The notes beneath the pieces are model-generated. The model was not told where the DNA came from. It searched no databases and saw nothing but the letters and a program-made list of their open reading frames with translations. A stretch of DNA of 64,000 nt from Nitrosopumilus sp. (GTDB taxonomy: Archaea > Thermoproteota > Nitrososphaeria > Nitrososphaerales > Nitrosopumilaceae). Each line of letters begins with the position of its first letter. Within the stretch, counting starts at the first letter, position 1. This document shows positions 38,936 to 49,589 of this stretch, one piece after another. A program made the position numbers and the translations under genes. The stretch is from the NCBI GenBank assembly GCA_965204345.1, contig OZ241981.1, positions 1,248,001 to 1,312,000 on the forward strand, given 5' to 3'.

Positions 38936-41800
38936 TTGGTTTTGTATAGCGCCACTACTGATAAACAAACTCCGCCTCCTGATGCTGGAAAATTCATCAA
39001 ATTAGCGATTATTGCAGTTATAGGAATCATAATTTTTACTCTTGCTGGCAATCAGGCAGTCATTTTATCAATGAATTTTACTGAATTTGGCGATCAATTC
39101 AGCAAGCCCCTGTATTACACACTTGTTTCGACAATAATTCTATCTGCAATTGCTCTTGTGCGCGTTAATATCGTTGGGCGCTCTTCAATTTTCTGGTATG
39201 CAATTAATACCGGAATTGGAGTTCTTGGAAGTGGCGGGAAACAACCTCTCTCAAACAACATTTTAAGTTTTAGGAATTACAAATTATCCCCCCCACAGTT
39301 TGTAATCTGGCAAATTACAAAGATCCTGCTTTTTGGCGCTTTCTTTGCAAATATTATGTTTGGATTTGCAGCAATGTCATTTATAGATGGAAATACTCTG
39401 GGAATAGAAAATCTCACATCACTCTTCTCCTTACCGTTTGTAACCCCTGATTCTAATCCAAACTATGCAGCTGAAAATGTTATACCAATGATTCCTGCAC
39501 TAGTAATACTAATTCCCCCATTACTTGCGGCAATTGGATTACGATTAATGCTGTATGTCGGAATACATAGAATAATTAATGTAATTACATCATTTTTACA
39601 AGACTCCAATGAAGGCAAGCCTAGATACCTAAATTATGTTTCAACTATTGAAGGCATAATAGGAATCGGTATTCTTTGGGCAGGATTTAACTTATTCTTT
39701 ACAGATCAAATTGACTATAATACGAGATATATAATTGGCGGTACACTTGTTATAGGCTTTGCACTGATTGCATTTTCAATCGTTGACAAAATTAGGGCAC
39801 GAGTTCTCACTCACATGTTCAAAAGAGATGTCTATATTCGTTTCTTAACAATTATTGCAATTGCAATTATTGTTGCTGGATTTGTTTCTGTTAACAATAG
39901 TATTGCTGATGCAAAAAAGATTGAATATCTGGGCCCGTATACTGCTCAACAAATTGGAGTCAATCGTTATCTCGGCGAATTAACTAATATTCAAGAAAAT
40001 ATTCATGATGTTCAACTGACTTCTGTTTCTCCAAATAATATCAATAACTATGTCAAACAAAATAATGATGTTTTAGATGTAATTAGAGTCTGGGATTGGG
40101 AGGCAGCTTTTGTCAAACTCCAGCCTCAGATAGGCCTTATTCCATATGTTGACTTTGAAGATAACGACATTCTACGATTTAACAATACATTGTATTGGAC
40201 TGCTTCAATGAAGCCAATTCTACCATCATCTGTTGCTGCTGATGATAAATGGTATAACGAACACCTTGTTTATACTCACGTTCCTAATGGCTTCCTAACT
40301 CTTGAAGCAACTGATGGACAAATTGTTGATAGCAGTGAGTTCTTCAAGCAACGAGAAATCTACTATGGTGAAGGGGGATTATTTAAAGAAACTTGGTCAG
40401 CCTATCCTAGCTCACTTGATGCCCAAGACAGTGCCGAACTCGGGGAGGTATCTTATTCTGGTCTAGGCGGATTGGATGTTTCACCTCCCCTAAGTTGGAT
40501 TTTTGAGCCAAACTTTTTGCTTTCATTTCCAACAGAATCTGTTCACATCATGAGATACAAAGATGTGCACGATAGAATGGAAATTCTATATCCATATTTT
40601 CTATATGACTTGTTTGGAAAAGAATTAGATTCACTACCCGTAACTGATGGAGAGAATTCCTATTGGCTAATTCCGCTTATTATTGGATTTGATACCGGTG
40701 ATGTTCCTTGGTCTATTGGCAATCCATACTTACGTTTAGTAGGCTATGCACTTGTTGATTCTTACAATGGAGACATCCAATTACTAAAGACTGGTGATGA
40801 TTTCTTCTCTGAGATGTTTGCTAGCCAATACTCTGAACAATTCCAACCAATGCCTGCCTGGTTAGAAGAACAAATTCGATACCCTGTTGAACTGTTTAAT
40901 TGGAAAACAGAGATGTATAACATCTACCATGTAACTGACGTAGTAACATTCATTCAAGCAAATGAATTTTATGAAATCCCACGTGGTCTTGACACTTATT
41001 ATGTTGAAGCAAAACCTCCCGGCTTTGATCAAACTGCATTTTTGGGATTACTTTCATTAGAACTAAAGGGCTCTCAGGGAAGAAACCTTGCCGGATATAT
41101 GGTGGTAGAAAATGATCTTGCTAGCTTAGGCGATTTGCAATTCTATGAAGTTCCATTAAACTCTACTACCAAATTGATTGGACCTACTGCAGTTAGAGAA
41201 GCACTTGATAGAGATCCTGAATTTGCTCAACTAAAGACCCTCTTAAGAAATCCAAGAATTGGTGATAATATTTTGTATCGTGTAGGTGATCATGATGTCT
41301 ACTTTATTCCGGTGTATACAGCAGGTGCCGGTGGCGTGGTTGCCCAACTAGGTACGATAGCCGCAGTAGGTGCAGCTTTCAATGGAGAATATTTCGTTGG
41401 TCTAGGTGAAACCCAAGAAGAAGCGTTTGAGGAATACTTGAAAAAAGTTTCCGGTGTGGCATCAACTACTACTATTGCTGATGATAATTATATCGAATTG
41501 GATCGGGTTGATAGAATTAATATCATAAGATCAGTATTTGAGGAAAATAACATCTCTGTATCTGAACCAACGTCTATTCAGATTCCATTGTCATTTAATG
41601 AAGGGGAACTGTTCTTCTTTACAGAAAGTGATCAAGATGATACTGAAAAATTCCTGTCTGAATTCATTGATGACTTTGTAGAACCACCTAACGACAGAGT
41701 ATTCATGTGGCAAGAAGAAACTAACCTCAATATTGGAACAGTATTTGTAAAAGATGGACTTCCTGAGATACATTATGTTTCAATAGAGGTAGGTAACTAG
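38936..41800 (+). CDS. UPF0182 family membrane protein
   Basis: N-terminal TM bundle; IRVWDW, WYNEHLVYTH, IYYGE, VDSYNG, RYP. Confidence 0.85.
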   Translation: MVLYSATTDKQTPPPDAGKFIKLAIIAVIGIIIFTLAGNQAVILSMNFTEFGDQFSKPLYYTLVSTIILSAIALVRVNIVGRSSIFWYAINTGIGVLGSGGKQPLSNNILSFRNYKLSPPQFVIWQITKILLFGAFFANIMFGFAAMSFIDGNTLGIENLTSLFSLPFVTPDSNPNYAAENVIPMIPALVILIPPLLAAIGLRLMLYVGIHRIINVITSFLQDSNEGKPRYLNYVSTIEGIIGIGILWAGFNLFFTDQIDYNTRYIIGGTLVIGFALIAFSIVDKIRARVLTHMFKRDVYIRFLTIIAIAIIVAGFVSVNNSIADAKKIEYLGPYTAQQIGVNRYLGELTNIQENIHDVQLTSVSPNNINNYVKQNNDVLDVIRVWDWEAAFVKLQPQIGLIPYVDFEDNDILRFNNTLYWTASMKPILPSSVAADDKWYNEHLVYTHVPNGFLTLEATDGQIVDSSEFFKQREIYYGEGGLFKETWSAYPSSLDAQDSAELGEVSYSGLGGLDVSPPLSWIFEPNFLLSFPTESVHIMRYKDVHDRMEILYPYFLYDLFGKELDSLPVTDGENSYWLIPLIIGFDTGDVPWSIGNPYLRLVGYALVDSYNGDIQLLKTGDDFFSEMFASQYSEQFQPMPAWLEEQIRYPVELFNWKTEMYNIYHVTDVVTFIQANEFYEIPRGLDTYYVEAKPPGFDQTAFLGLLSLELKGSQGRNLAGYMVVENDLASLGDLQFYEVPLNSTTKLIGPTAVREALDRDPEFAQLKTLLRNPRIGDNILYRVGDHDVYFIPVYTAGAGGVVAQLGTIAAVGAAFNGEYFVGLGETQEEAFEEYLKKVSGVASTTTIADDNYIELDRVDRINIIRSVFEENNISVSEPTSIQIPLSFNEGELFFFTESDQDDTEKFLSEFIDDFVEPPNDRVFMWQEETNLNIGTVFVKDGLPEIHYVSIEVGN

Positions 41801-42343
41801 TTGCTTCTTGTTGTTGATAATGGTTCCATCTATACAAAACAACTGACTGATTTTTTGGACCAAAAAAATATTTTATTTGAAAAACAGGCCCCTCATCTAT
41901 TATGCATAAACTCTCTTGAGAATTATGACTCTTTCATTCTTTCTGGAAGAAAAAGAAATGACAGAAAAATTAATGAAATAAATTCCAAAATTATTCTACA
42001 TTCTGTTAAAAATAATAATAAATTACTTGGAATTTGCTATGGTGCAGAAATTTTAGCGTTGACACTGGGAGGTACAATAAAGCAGGCAACACCACCTCAA
42101 AAAGGAAATGAATCAATCCAAATTTTTAGAAATAATCCCATATGCAATAATTCATTAAATGTATTTGAAAGTCATGGATATGAAATTTCTAAATTACCTG
42201 ATGTTTTAATTCCTCTTGGCAAATCAAATAATTGCAAATATGAAATCATCCAATACGAAAAAAAGCCAATTTTTGGAACTCAATTTCATCCAGAAATGAG
42301 CGAGGATGGCAATAATTTAATTGAGAATTTTTGTTTACTCTGA
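41801..42343 (+). CDS. class I glutamine amidotransferase (GMP synthase A-like)
   Basis: GICYG and QFHPE triad motifs. Confidence 0.9.
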   Translation: MLLVVDNGSIYTKQLTDFLDQKNILFEKQAPHLLCINSLENYDSFILSGRKRNDRKINEINSKIILHSVKNNNKLLGICYGAEILALTLGGTIKQATPPQKGNESIQIFRNNPICNNSLNVFESHGYEISKLPDVLIPLGKSNNCKYEIIQYEKKPIFGTQFHPEMSEDGNNLIENFCLL

Positions 42344-42377
42344 TTGATTTTAATAACTCCCAAAATTTGTTTATCTC

Positions 42378-43340
42378 ATGGAACAAGAAGACCATCAACT
42401 GTTTTTGCCTCTTGTTGAAGAAGAAAATATCTGTCTTCCATTACCTGTCAATGTTGTATCAAAGTATTGGAATATTGATTTGCCTATGGCCAAAGCCGCA
42501 GAGATGTCAAAAAAATATTCCGGTTTTGATGGCAGTGTTTTAATTGAAGGAATAGAACTTGCAGAAAGACACGGACTGACATGCAAAATAGTCAACTCAT
42601 CTTTAGATGAATTAAAGACAATTATTGATTCTGGGATCCCTCCAATTGTAATCTTGCCAGGAATTCCTGAAATAACCCAACATGCATCTGTACTTACCGG
42701 TTATAATGATGAGGAGCGAACAATTCTTCATTATATTCAAAAGGGAAACCAGGAAGGCAAGCAACAAGAGGGTGCAATACCTCAAGACATCTTTGAAAAA
42801 GAATGGTCTGAAGAAGGAAAACTCTTAATAATTTTAGGCCCTTCTGATATCTTATCTTCCATAACTCTCAAAAATAACTCAACTGATAAACCAAATCGCT
42901 TATGCTTTATTTCCGAAAAGCAAAATATCCTAAAAAATTCCTCAGATGCACTTGAATCACTAAAACAAGCAATAGAACTTGATGCTAACAATCCAACAGC
43001 TCTTAATCTATTGGGCGCAATGCTGAATTTGCAAAATTCTCCTGACTGTACAAAATATTATGAAAGATGCTTAAAAGTCAATAACAGATCATATCTGACA
43101 TATAACGGTCTAGGAAATTTTTATCTTAAAACAAACCAATTTGAAAAGGCTGAAAATTATTACAGCAAGGCCATAAAAATCAATCCAAAAAGATCTGCCA
43201 AAATCTACAAAAACCGTGCTTATCTTAGAGAAAAACAAAACAAAAACTCTGATGCAAAAGATGACCTAAAAAATTATCTGAAATATCATCCAAAAGCGCC
43301 TGATAGGGGAATCATAGAACAGGCCATTAGAGAATTGTAA
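42378..43340 (+). CDS. C39-like peptidase domain plus TPR repeats
   Basis: NIC..V..YW, GIPPIV, HASVLTGYN; C-terminal TPRs. Confidence 0.75.
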   Translation: MEQEDHQLFLPLVEEENICLPLPVNVVSKYWNIDLPMAKAAEMSKKYSGFDGSVLIEGIELAERHGLTCKIVNSSLDELKTIIDSGIPPIVILPGIPEITQHASVLTGYNDEERTILHYIQKGNQEGKQQEGAIPQDIFEKEWSEEGKLLIILGPSDILSSITLKNNSTDKPNRLCFISEKQNILKNSSDALESLKQAIELDANNPTALNLLGAMLNLQNSPDCTKYYERCLKVNNRSYLTYNGLGNFYLKTNQFEKAENYYSKAIKINPKRSAKIYKNRAYLREKQNKNSDAKDDLKNYLKYHPKAPDRGIIEQAIREL

Positions 43341-43414
43341 TGCGGAGTACGGGATTTGAACCCGTGACCTTCAGCTTGGGAAGCTGACGTCATACCAGCC
43401 TAAACTAACTCCGC
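43341..43414 (-). tRNA. tRNA-Gly (CCC), intronless, CCA not encoded
   Basis: GCGGAGT/ACTCCGC acceptor stem, TCAGC-TTCCCAA-GCTGA anticodon arm, GGTTCAAATCC T-arm. Confidence 0.97.
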
Positions 43415-43466
43415 CTAAAGCATATTTGTTAACTATGATTAAATATCTTAATTATTTAATCAAGGT

Positions 43467-43640
43467 ATGGACGCACGATGCCCCGAATGTGAACAAGTTG
43501 CGATCTTAGATGATGAGGTTACAAATGTCAAATGCCCACACTGTAAATTTGAAGCCGATTATGATACCTATCTTCAAATCATGAAAGACCAAGCAATCAA
43601 CATGTCCTCTGATTACATTCCAGATAGGCCCGGAATTTAA
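43467..43640 (+). CDS. 57 aa zinc-ribbon protein (not in ORF track)
   Basis: MDARCPECEQ...VKCPHCKF; TATA-like TTAAATA upstream. Confidence 0.8.
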   Translation: MDARCPECEQVAILDDEVTNVKCPHCKFEADYDTYLQIMKDQAINMSSDYIPDRPGI

Positions 43641-43763
43641 TTACCAGTAATTACCCTTGTCTGAACAGTCTAAATGAGATCCACAATTGGGGCAGAACAT
43701 GTGACATGCTTGCATATCTACCATTTTATTATCACATCTAGGACATTTGATTTCTTCTGGCAT
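43641..43763 (-). CDS. 40 aa zinc-finger microprotein (not in ORF track)
   Basis: MPEEIKCPRC...CHMFCPNCGSHLDCSDKGNYW. Confidence 0.8.
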   Translation of the reverse strand: MPEEIKCPRCDNKMVDMQACHMFCPNCGSHLDCSDKGNYW

Positions 43764-43838
43764 ATGCCTTCTATTGCCAATCTTGATTTAAAAATAATGT
43801 CCAAAGGTTAATTAGTCATTCATTTTTCTTCGTAATAC

Positions 43839-44240
43839 TTGGCAAATTTCAAGATTACAATATCTGATATCAAGGGGAAATCTATTTCCAAAGAGCTAAA
43901 AGATAGCGATGCCAATCCCTTGCTGGGACTGCAATTGGGAAATGAAACTGATGCGTCCATTGTAGGCCTAAGCGGAAAACTAAGACTCACTGGCGGAAGT
44001 GACAAGTCTGGCGTACCAATGAGAAATGATGTCCATGGTGCTGCAAGAAAACAAGTCTTACTTTCTAGAGGAGTTGGTTTACAGGATGCAGAAACTGGAC
44101 AAAGAAAAAGAAAGTTAATGCGTGGTAACACCGTATCTGAAGAAATCTATCAAGTAAATTGTAAATTCGATGGGGAACTACCAGTTGAAGCTCCCGCTGA
44201 AGATACAACAGAGGAAAAAACTAAAGGCAAAAAAGAATAA
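43839..44240 (+). CDS. rps6e: 30S ribosomal protein S6e
   Basis: LTGGSDKSGVPMR, GQRKRKLMRGN; upstream of aIF2 gamma. Confidence 0.96.
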   Translation: MANFKITISDIKGKSISKELKDSDANPLLGLQLGNETDASIVGLSGKLRLTGGSDKSGVPMRNDVHGAARKQVLLSRGVGLQDAETGQRKRKLMRGNTVSEEIYQVNCKFDGELPVEAPAEDTTEEKTKGKKE

Positions 44241-44271
44241 CTTAACATATACCGATTCTATTTTCTGACTC

Positions 44272-45534
44272 ATGCATTGGAGAGAAACGCTTCCTGATTG
44301 GTACATTAAAAAATATGGCTATCAGCCATGCGTTAACATTGGCACTGCTGGTCATGTAGATCATGGAAAAACTACCCTTATTCAGGCATTAACTGGCTCA
44401 TGGACAAGTGTACACAGTCAAGAACTCAAACGTGGGATTACAATTCGTGTAGGCTATTCGGATGCAGCATTTTACAAGTGTAAAAAATGTGAAGAACCTC
44501 TAGGCTATTCAACAACTCCAAAGTGTAATAATTGTGGAGAAGAAAGTGAATTATCTAGAGTTGTAAGTTTTGTAGATAGCCCAGGACACGAAAGTCTTAT
44601 GGCAAATATGCTTTCAGGCTCTGCATTAATGGATGGCGCATTATTATTGGCCGCAGCAAATGAACAAGTTCCCAAGCCGCAAACAAAAGAGCATCTTTTA
44701 GCCCTTCAAACTCTTGGCATTACGCAAATAGTTATAGTCCAGAACAAAGTTGATTTGCTTTCTTACAAAGAGGCGCTTGCAAATTATCAAGATATTACAA
44801 AATTTGTTAAAGGAACGCATGCTGAAAAATCACCAATAGTCCCAATCTCTGCACAGTCTGGACTAAACATTGATGCATTAATTGGAGCAATTGAATCAGC
44901 AATAAAGACACCAGAAAGAGACGAAAAGGCAGATACAATCATGCATGTTTTACGTTCGTTTGATGTAAACAAACCTGGAATAAAATTAAAAGATATCAAA
45001 GGAGGAGTTATTGGCGGCAGTCTCACTCAGGGAGTCTTTAATGTTGGCGATGAAATTGAAATTAAGCCTGGAATAATCAATGAGAAAAAAAAATCGTATG
45101 AGCCATTACTTACAGAAATTACTTCTCTGGGAACTGCTGCAGGCATTGTTGAATCAGTAAAACCTGGCGGTTTAGTAGCCATAGGTACAAAATTAGATCC
45201 TTCCATGACTAGGAGTGATTCCCTTATTGGTTCCGTTATTGGCAAACCCGGAACGCTTCCTGAAAACTCTAAGATTTTAAAATTGGATGTGAATCTATTT
45301 GATTCAGCAGTTGGCATCACCGAAGATATTAAAGTCAAACCAATCCAGTCTGGAGAAGCACTTCGACTAAACATTGGAACTGCTCCCGTATTGGGCAAAG
45401 TCATCAAAATTAAGTCTAATTCAATTGAAGTTGAGCTTATAAGACCAGCTTGTATCTTTGATGGCGGTAATGTTGCAATAAGCAGGCGAATTGCTGAAAG
45501 ATGGAGACTCATTGGTGCAGGAATAGTTGGTTGA
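44272..45534 (+). CDS. eif2g: translation initiation factor 2 gamma
   Basis: GHVDHGKT, RGITI, DSPGH, NKVD, WRLIG. Confidence 0.97.
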   Translation: MHWRETLPDWYIKKYGYQPCVNIGTAGHVDHGKTTLIQALTGSWTSVHSQELKRGITIRVGYSDAAFYKCKKCEEPLGYSTTPKCNNCGEESELSRVVSFVDSPGHESLMANMLSGSALMDGALLLAAANEQVPKPQTKEHLLALQTLGITQIVIVQNKVDLLSYKEALANYQDITKFVKGTHAEKSPIVPISAQSGLNIDALIGAIESAIKTPERDEKADTIMHVLRSFDVNKPGIKLKDIKGGVIGGSLTQGVFNVGDEIEIKPGIINEKKKSYEPLLTEITSLGTAAGIVESVKPGGLVAIGTKLDPSMTRSDSLIGSVIGKPGTLPENSKILKLDVNLFDSAVGITEDIKVKPIQSGEALRLNIGTAPVLGKVIKIKSNSIEVELIRPACIFDGGNVAISRRIAERWRLIGAGIVG

Positions 45535-45895
45535 AGTAATCTGTGACACAAATTTCCTCATTCATCTAGCTACTAGAAGAATCAAAAACATTGATAATTT
45601 AGATGTCGAAATTGGTCCTGTCACTTTTGTTGTACCACAGGTAGTAATAACTGAATTATCCGAACTTGTAAAAATTCCTGAAAAAATAAAAGACGTTGAA
45701 TTGACTCAAAATTATATAAAACATTTTAAGACAATTCCAATAGCAGGCACCTTTGCGGATAAAGAGCTGATTGACTATGTCTCAAAAAATAGAGTTATTG
45801 TTGCTACAATGGATAAGGAACTGAAAAAACGGATTAAAAACACTGGCAGTTCAATAATGTCTTTTTCAAATAACAGAATAGTTTTGGAATCTTAG
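45527..45895 (+). CDS. PIN-domain protein (Fcf1/Utp24-like)
   Basis: DTNFL, VITEL, AD, VATMDKEL; conserved position after eif2g. Confidence 0.88.
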   Translation: MVEVICDTNFLIHLATRRIKNIDNLDVEIGPVTFVVPQVVITELSELVKIPEKIKDVELTQNYIKHFKTIPIAGTFADKELIDYVSKNRVIVATMDKELKKRIKNTGSSIMSFSNNRIVLES

Positions 45896-45927
45896 AAATC
45901 TTTAATTTCAAGTAATCATTAATTTTT

Positions 45928-46383
45928 GTGATGAGTTTAATTTTAAAAAGTGATGCGTTTGAAAATGGAAAAGTAATACCTAAAAAATTTAGTTACAAGC
46001 ATGGCAATGCCAGTCCCCCCTTGATCATTGGCGGCATTCCTGAAAATACATCTTCGCTTGTCTTAATTATGGATGATCCTGATGCCATGGGAGCTGTTGG
46101 CAAGGTTTGGACACATTGGGTTTTGTGGAATATTGATCCTAGTACCACGGAGATAAAGGAAAATTTTATTCCACATGGTTCAATTGAAGGGGAAAATGAT
46201 TTTGGTGAAATTGGCTATGGTGGACCTGCTCCTCCTGATAAAGAACATACGTATATCTTCAAACTGTATGCATTAGATCAAAAATTAGAGGCTAATGCAG
46301 GCTCATCAAAGAATGAGATTGAAAAAATAATGGCTGATCATATAATTGAAGAAGCTATTCTTAAAGGCAGATATTCCCCGTAA
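45928..46383 (+). CDS. YbhB/YbcL (PEBP) family protein
   Basis: SPPL, DPDA, HW, GYGGPAPP, HTYIFKLYALD. Confidence 0.93.
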   Translation: MMSLILKSDAFENGKVIPKKFSYKHGNASPPLIIGGIPENTSSLVLIMDDPDAMGAVGKVWTHWVLWNIDPSTTEIKENFIPHGSIEGENDFGEIGYGGPAPPDKEHTYIFKLYALDQKLEANAGSSKNEIEKIMADHIIEEAILKGRYSP

Positions 46384-46448
46384 TTTAAAATCATTTTCTT
46401 GCATTTTATACAAAGAGTAATAAGCAAAGTTTTTTTGAAAAATAATGA

Positions 46449-48587
46449 TTGTTATCAAATACAAAACTCGTTACTATAGGCAATTTTGATTTAAAACTAA
46501 ACCATCTTCTAATAATCGGAATTCTTGGTCTTTCTTTTACAGTTTCACTTCTTCTTCGTTCTCAACCTGCCGATTTTGGTTTCGAACTGCATGAGTTTGA
46601 TCCTTTTTTTAATTACAGAGCCACACAATATATTGTAGATAACGGAATTGGTGCGTATTTTGAGTGGAATGATGATCTAAGCTGGTATCCATCTGGCAGA
46701 GATGTCTCTAAATCCTCTCAGGTTGTTCTTCACTTAACGGCTGCTGCAACATACTTTATTTTTGGTGGCGGAATGGATCTTTATGACTTTACTATTTTGT
46801 TTCCGGTAATATTTGGCTCATTATCTGCAATTGTAATATTTGCTTTAGTTAGAGTTCTTGGCGGTACTACTGCAGGACTGTTTTCTGCGTTATTATTTTC
46901 AATTTCCATACCCATTTTAATTCGTAGTCCTATAGGATGGTTCAAATCAGAACCGTTGGGGCTGTTTTTAGGTCTTTTAACCATCTATTTACTTCTAAGC
47001 GGACTAAATTCAAACAATAAAAGAATTGCACTTGCTAAGCTAATCGGATCCGGAATCTTTACTGCATTGTCAATTTCCGCATGGGGTGGAAATCAATTTT
47101 TTATAATTCCAATAGGCATCTTCTTTCTTGCGCTGCCATTCTTAAGAAACGATCACAAATTCATTAGATGGGCTGTTCCTCTTTATACCATAACTACAAT
47201 TCTGACTTCTCTGGGATTTGAAAGGGTAAGTTCCAGTTTTATTTTTGCGTTAGGCGGAATATCACTAATTGCGTCTACCGCATTTCTAGTAATCTGTATT
47301 CTAATACAAAATAAGAGCTCTGCACACAAACAAAGAAATGGACTATTGTTTTTATTGGCTCTCCTAGTAATTGCCCCCGGCTTCTTGATAATTAACTCTG
47401 AGGCAAATCTTGTTTCGTCTGGTTCTCATAGATATCTAAATGCCTTAAATCCATTTTTAACCACAACAGATCCATTAGTTGACTCTGTCTCTGAGCATGC
47501 AACCACAACATTAGATCAATCATTCCTATTTCATTCGGTTTTGATGATTTTTTCAGGCATGGGTATCTGGTTAATCATTAAAAATGTTCAGAACAAAGAT
47601 TCTCTTTTTATGAAAAATGACATGCTGTCATTTTCATTGATTCTAGGAATTATTGGAGTTTATGTTAGTTCTACATTTGTTCGATTAGAAGTTTTTGCAT
47701 CCATATCTGTAATCATTTTGGCATCTTTGGGATTAACTGCACTTACCAAAGAATTTTTCAACAAGCCTGTTGGCACAAAAAAACCCATTGGTAAATTAAT
47801 TAAATTTCCTTACGTTGCAGGCATTATCATTCTTTTAGCGATACCATTAGTTTATCCAACAGGATCTGCAGTAACTGATGTCACTAATGCACCTCCCACA
47901 ATCTTGAATGGAGGTTCAGCTTATCCCATTGCTACAAATGACTGGTTGGAAACACTAGACTGGATAAAACACAATACTCCAAAAGATGCTGTTGTTGCAT
48001 CATGGTGGGATTATGGTTACTGGATTTCTACTATGAGCCAAAGAGCTACCTTGGCAGATAATTCAACCATTAGTACTGTTATTATCCAAAATATAGCAAA
48101 GATGTTACTCAGCAACCCTGATTCAGCATGGCATTCTCTTAACGAAATGCAAGCAGATTATGTGCTTGTTTTTGTTGTTGGTGAAAGATTGAACGTAGAT
48201 TCTGCTGAATCATTTTATAGTTTGCGCGGGGGTGGTGATGAATCTAAAAAACAATGGTTTATGAGAATTGCAGAATATGATTTGTCAAAATACCTACACT
48301 CAGATAACATAAGTGGAACTGATTATTTTTGGAATGAAACCTTACTTGGTAAAACGTTCCCATTTTCTTTGGTAGGGTATGTTAATCCCCGTGATTCAAG
48401 TTTACGATCCGATAGTTACGTTCCTGGAATGATTGGCGTGTATCAAAAAGATATCAAATTCCCCCCTGATGGTGATGGCCCATTTAGACTAGTTTATGCT
48501 TCTTCTAGTTTTACCGAAGAAAAAATTGGACCGATGCTTGGAGTTTTTGTTTATGAAGTAAACAAAGACTATAAGCCTACGCCATAA
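46449..48587 (+). CDS. aglB: oligosaccharyltransferase STT3/AglB
   Basis: EFDP, SVSEH, WWDYG, ADN. Confidence 0.94.
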   Translation: MLSNTKLVTIGNFDLKLNHLLIIGILGLSFTVSLLLRSQPADFGFELHEFDPFFNYRATQYIVDNGIGAYFEWNDDLSWYPSGRDVSKSSQVVLHLTAAATYFIFGGGMDLYDFTILFPVIFGSLSAIVIFALVRVLGGTTAGLFSALLFSISIPILIRSPIGWFKSEPLGLFLGLLTIYLLLSGLNSNNKRIALAKLIGSGIFTALSISAWGGNQFFIIPIGIFFLALPFLRNDHKFIRWAVPLYTITTILTSLGFERVSSSFIFALGGISLIASTAFLVICILIQNKSSAHKQRNGLLFLLALLVIAPGFLIINSEANLVSSGSHRYLNALNPFLTTTDPLVDSVSEHATTTLDQSFLFHSVLMIFSGMGIWLIIKNVQNKDSLFMKNDMLSFSLILGIIGVYVSSTFVRLEVFASISVIILASLGLTALTKEFFNKPVGTKKPIGKLIKFPYVAGIIILLAIPLVYPTGSAVTDVTNAPPTILNGGSAYPIATNDWLETLDWIKHNTPKDAVVASWWDYGYWISTMSQRATLADNSTISTVIIQNIAKMLLSNPDSAWHSLNEMQADYVLVFVVGERLNVDSAESFYSLRGGGDESKKQWFMRIAEYDLSKYLHSDNISGTDYFWNETLLGKTFPFSLVGYVNPRDSSLRSDSYVPGMIGVYQKDIKFPPDGDGPFRLVYASSSFTEEKIGPMLGVFVYEVNKDYKPTP

Positions 48588-48593
48588 TTTTTT

Positions 48594-48749
48594 CTAAGAA
48601 TATCTCTCTGCTAATCTATATCTCATGTATTTGTCATCGGGTGAAAATTTTGCTGGATGAACAGAAACAGTTTTCTCGCCACATTTAGGACACTTTTCTT
48701 TTAATGTATAATGGTTACATTTGGGGCATTTTCTTAATAAAAATCTCAT
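48594..48749 (-). CDS. nop10: H/ACA RNP protein Nop10 (51 aa, not in ORF track)
   Basis: CPKC..YTLK..CPKCG..HPAKFSPDDKY; directly after eif2a. Confidence 0.95.
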   Translation of the reverse strand: MRFLLRKCPKCNHYTLKEKCPKCGEKTVSVHPAKFSPDDKYMRYRLAERYS

Positions 48750-48750
48750 T

Positions 48751-49548
48751 TTAATTTTCCCTAGTCTTCTTTGAATCTTCCCTAGTAAATTTGAATGATC
48801 CTTTTTTCTTTTCTATGTTATTTTTAATCTCCTCGATAATTGGTTTTAATAATTTTTCAGCAGATTTAAAATCTTCTGAAGTGATTGAAAGTCTATATTT
48901 TGGCGCTCCTAAATAAGTAATATCCATAGCAGACTCTTTTTTGATAACATCAAGTAATGTCTTTTTAATTATTTCAACACCGTCTGATTTGTTATTTGTA
49001 ATTTCCATAATTCCCCTAATCTCAACTGATGGCAGTTTGATTTTTGAACAAATATCTTCAATTACTGTCAAAGTTTTTTTGCCAACTTTTAGATCCTTGA
49101 TGGAATCTATTCCATTTCTGCCAATTGAAATAAACGCATCATATACTGAATCAAACTTCGAATAGATGCTATCCTCTAATTTTCCAATTTCTTCATCTGA
49201 TAACTTTGCCTTTTCTTGGACATTTTGTAGTAGTGTCTTGCCTTTTTCAAATTTTTTAACTTCTTTTAGTTTTTGTTTCTTCTGATCTTTAGAGACCTGT
49301 TTTAAAGATAGATCAATGTCTCCTCGCTGGGTATTTACTTTTTTTACAAGCAATACTTTTTTTTCACCGTCCTTGACAAATCTATTAACTGATCTTATCC
49401 AACCCGGTGCAATCTCTGAAATATGCAAAAATCCCTGAATATCATCATATTCATCTAATGTGACATATGCGCCATGGTCCATCACTTTAGTAACAGTTAC
49501 AAGAACAATCTCGCCCTGTTCAGGCATTTCTTGGATTTCAGCAGACAT
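48751..49548 (-). CDS. eif2a: translation initiation factor 2 alpha
   Basis: S1 domain GAYVTLDEY, HISE, IDLS; GAPKY. Confidence 0.96.
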   Translation of the reverse strand: MSAEIQEMPEQGEIVLVTVTKVMDHGAYVTLDEYDDIQGFLHISEIAPGWIRSVNRFVKDGEKKVLLVKKVNTQRGDIDLSLKQVSKDQKKQKLKEVKKFEKGKTLLQNVQEKAKLSDEEIGKLEDSIYSKFDSVYDAFISIGRNGIDSIKDLKVGKKTLTVIEDICSKIKLPSVEIRGIMEITNNKSDGVEIIKKTLLDVIKKESAMDITYLGAPKYRLSITSEDFKSAEKLLKPIIEEIKNNIEKKKGSFKFTREDSKKTREN

Positions 49549-49589
49549 TTCTTCTAAAACTCTGTTATGCGTAAATTAATGTTTGCTGG

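Noticed and set aside
43341-43414. tRNA-Gly as an integration site
   Set aside because: No integrase and no duplicated tRNA 3' end seen; the flanks are core-type genes.
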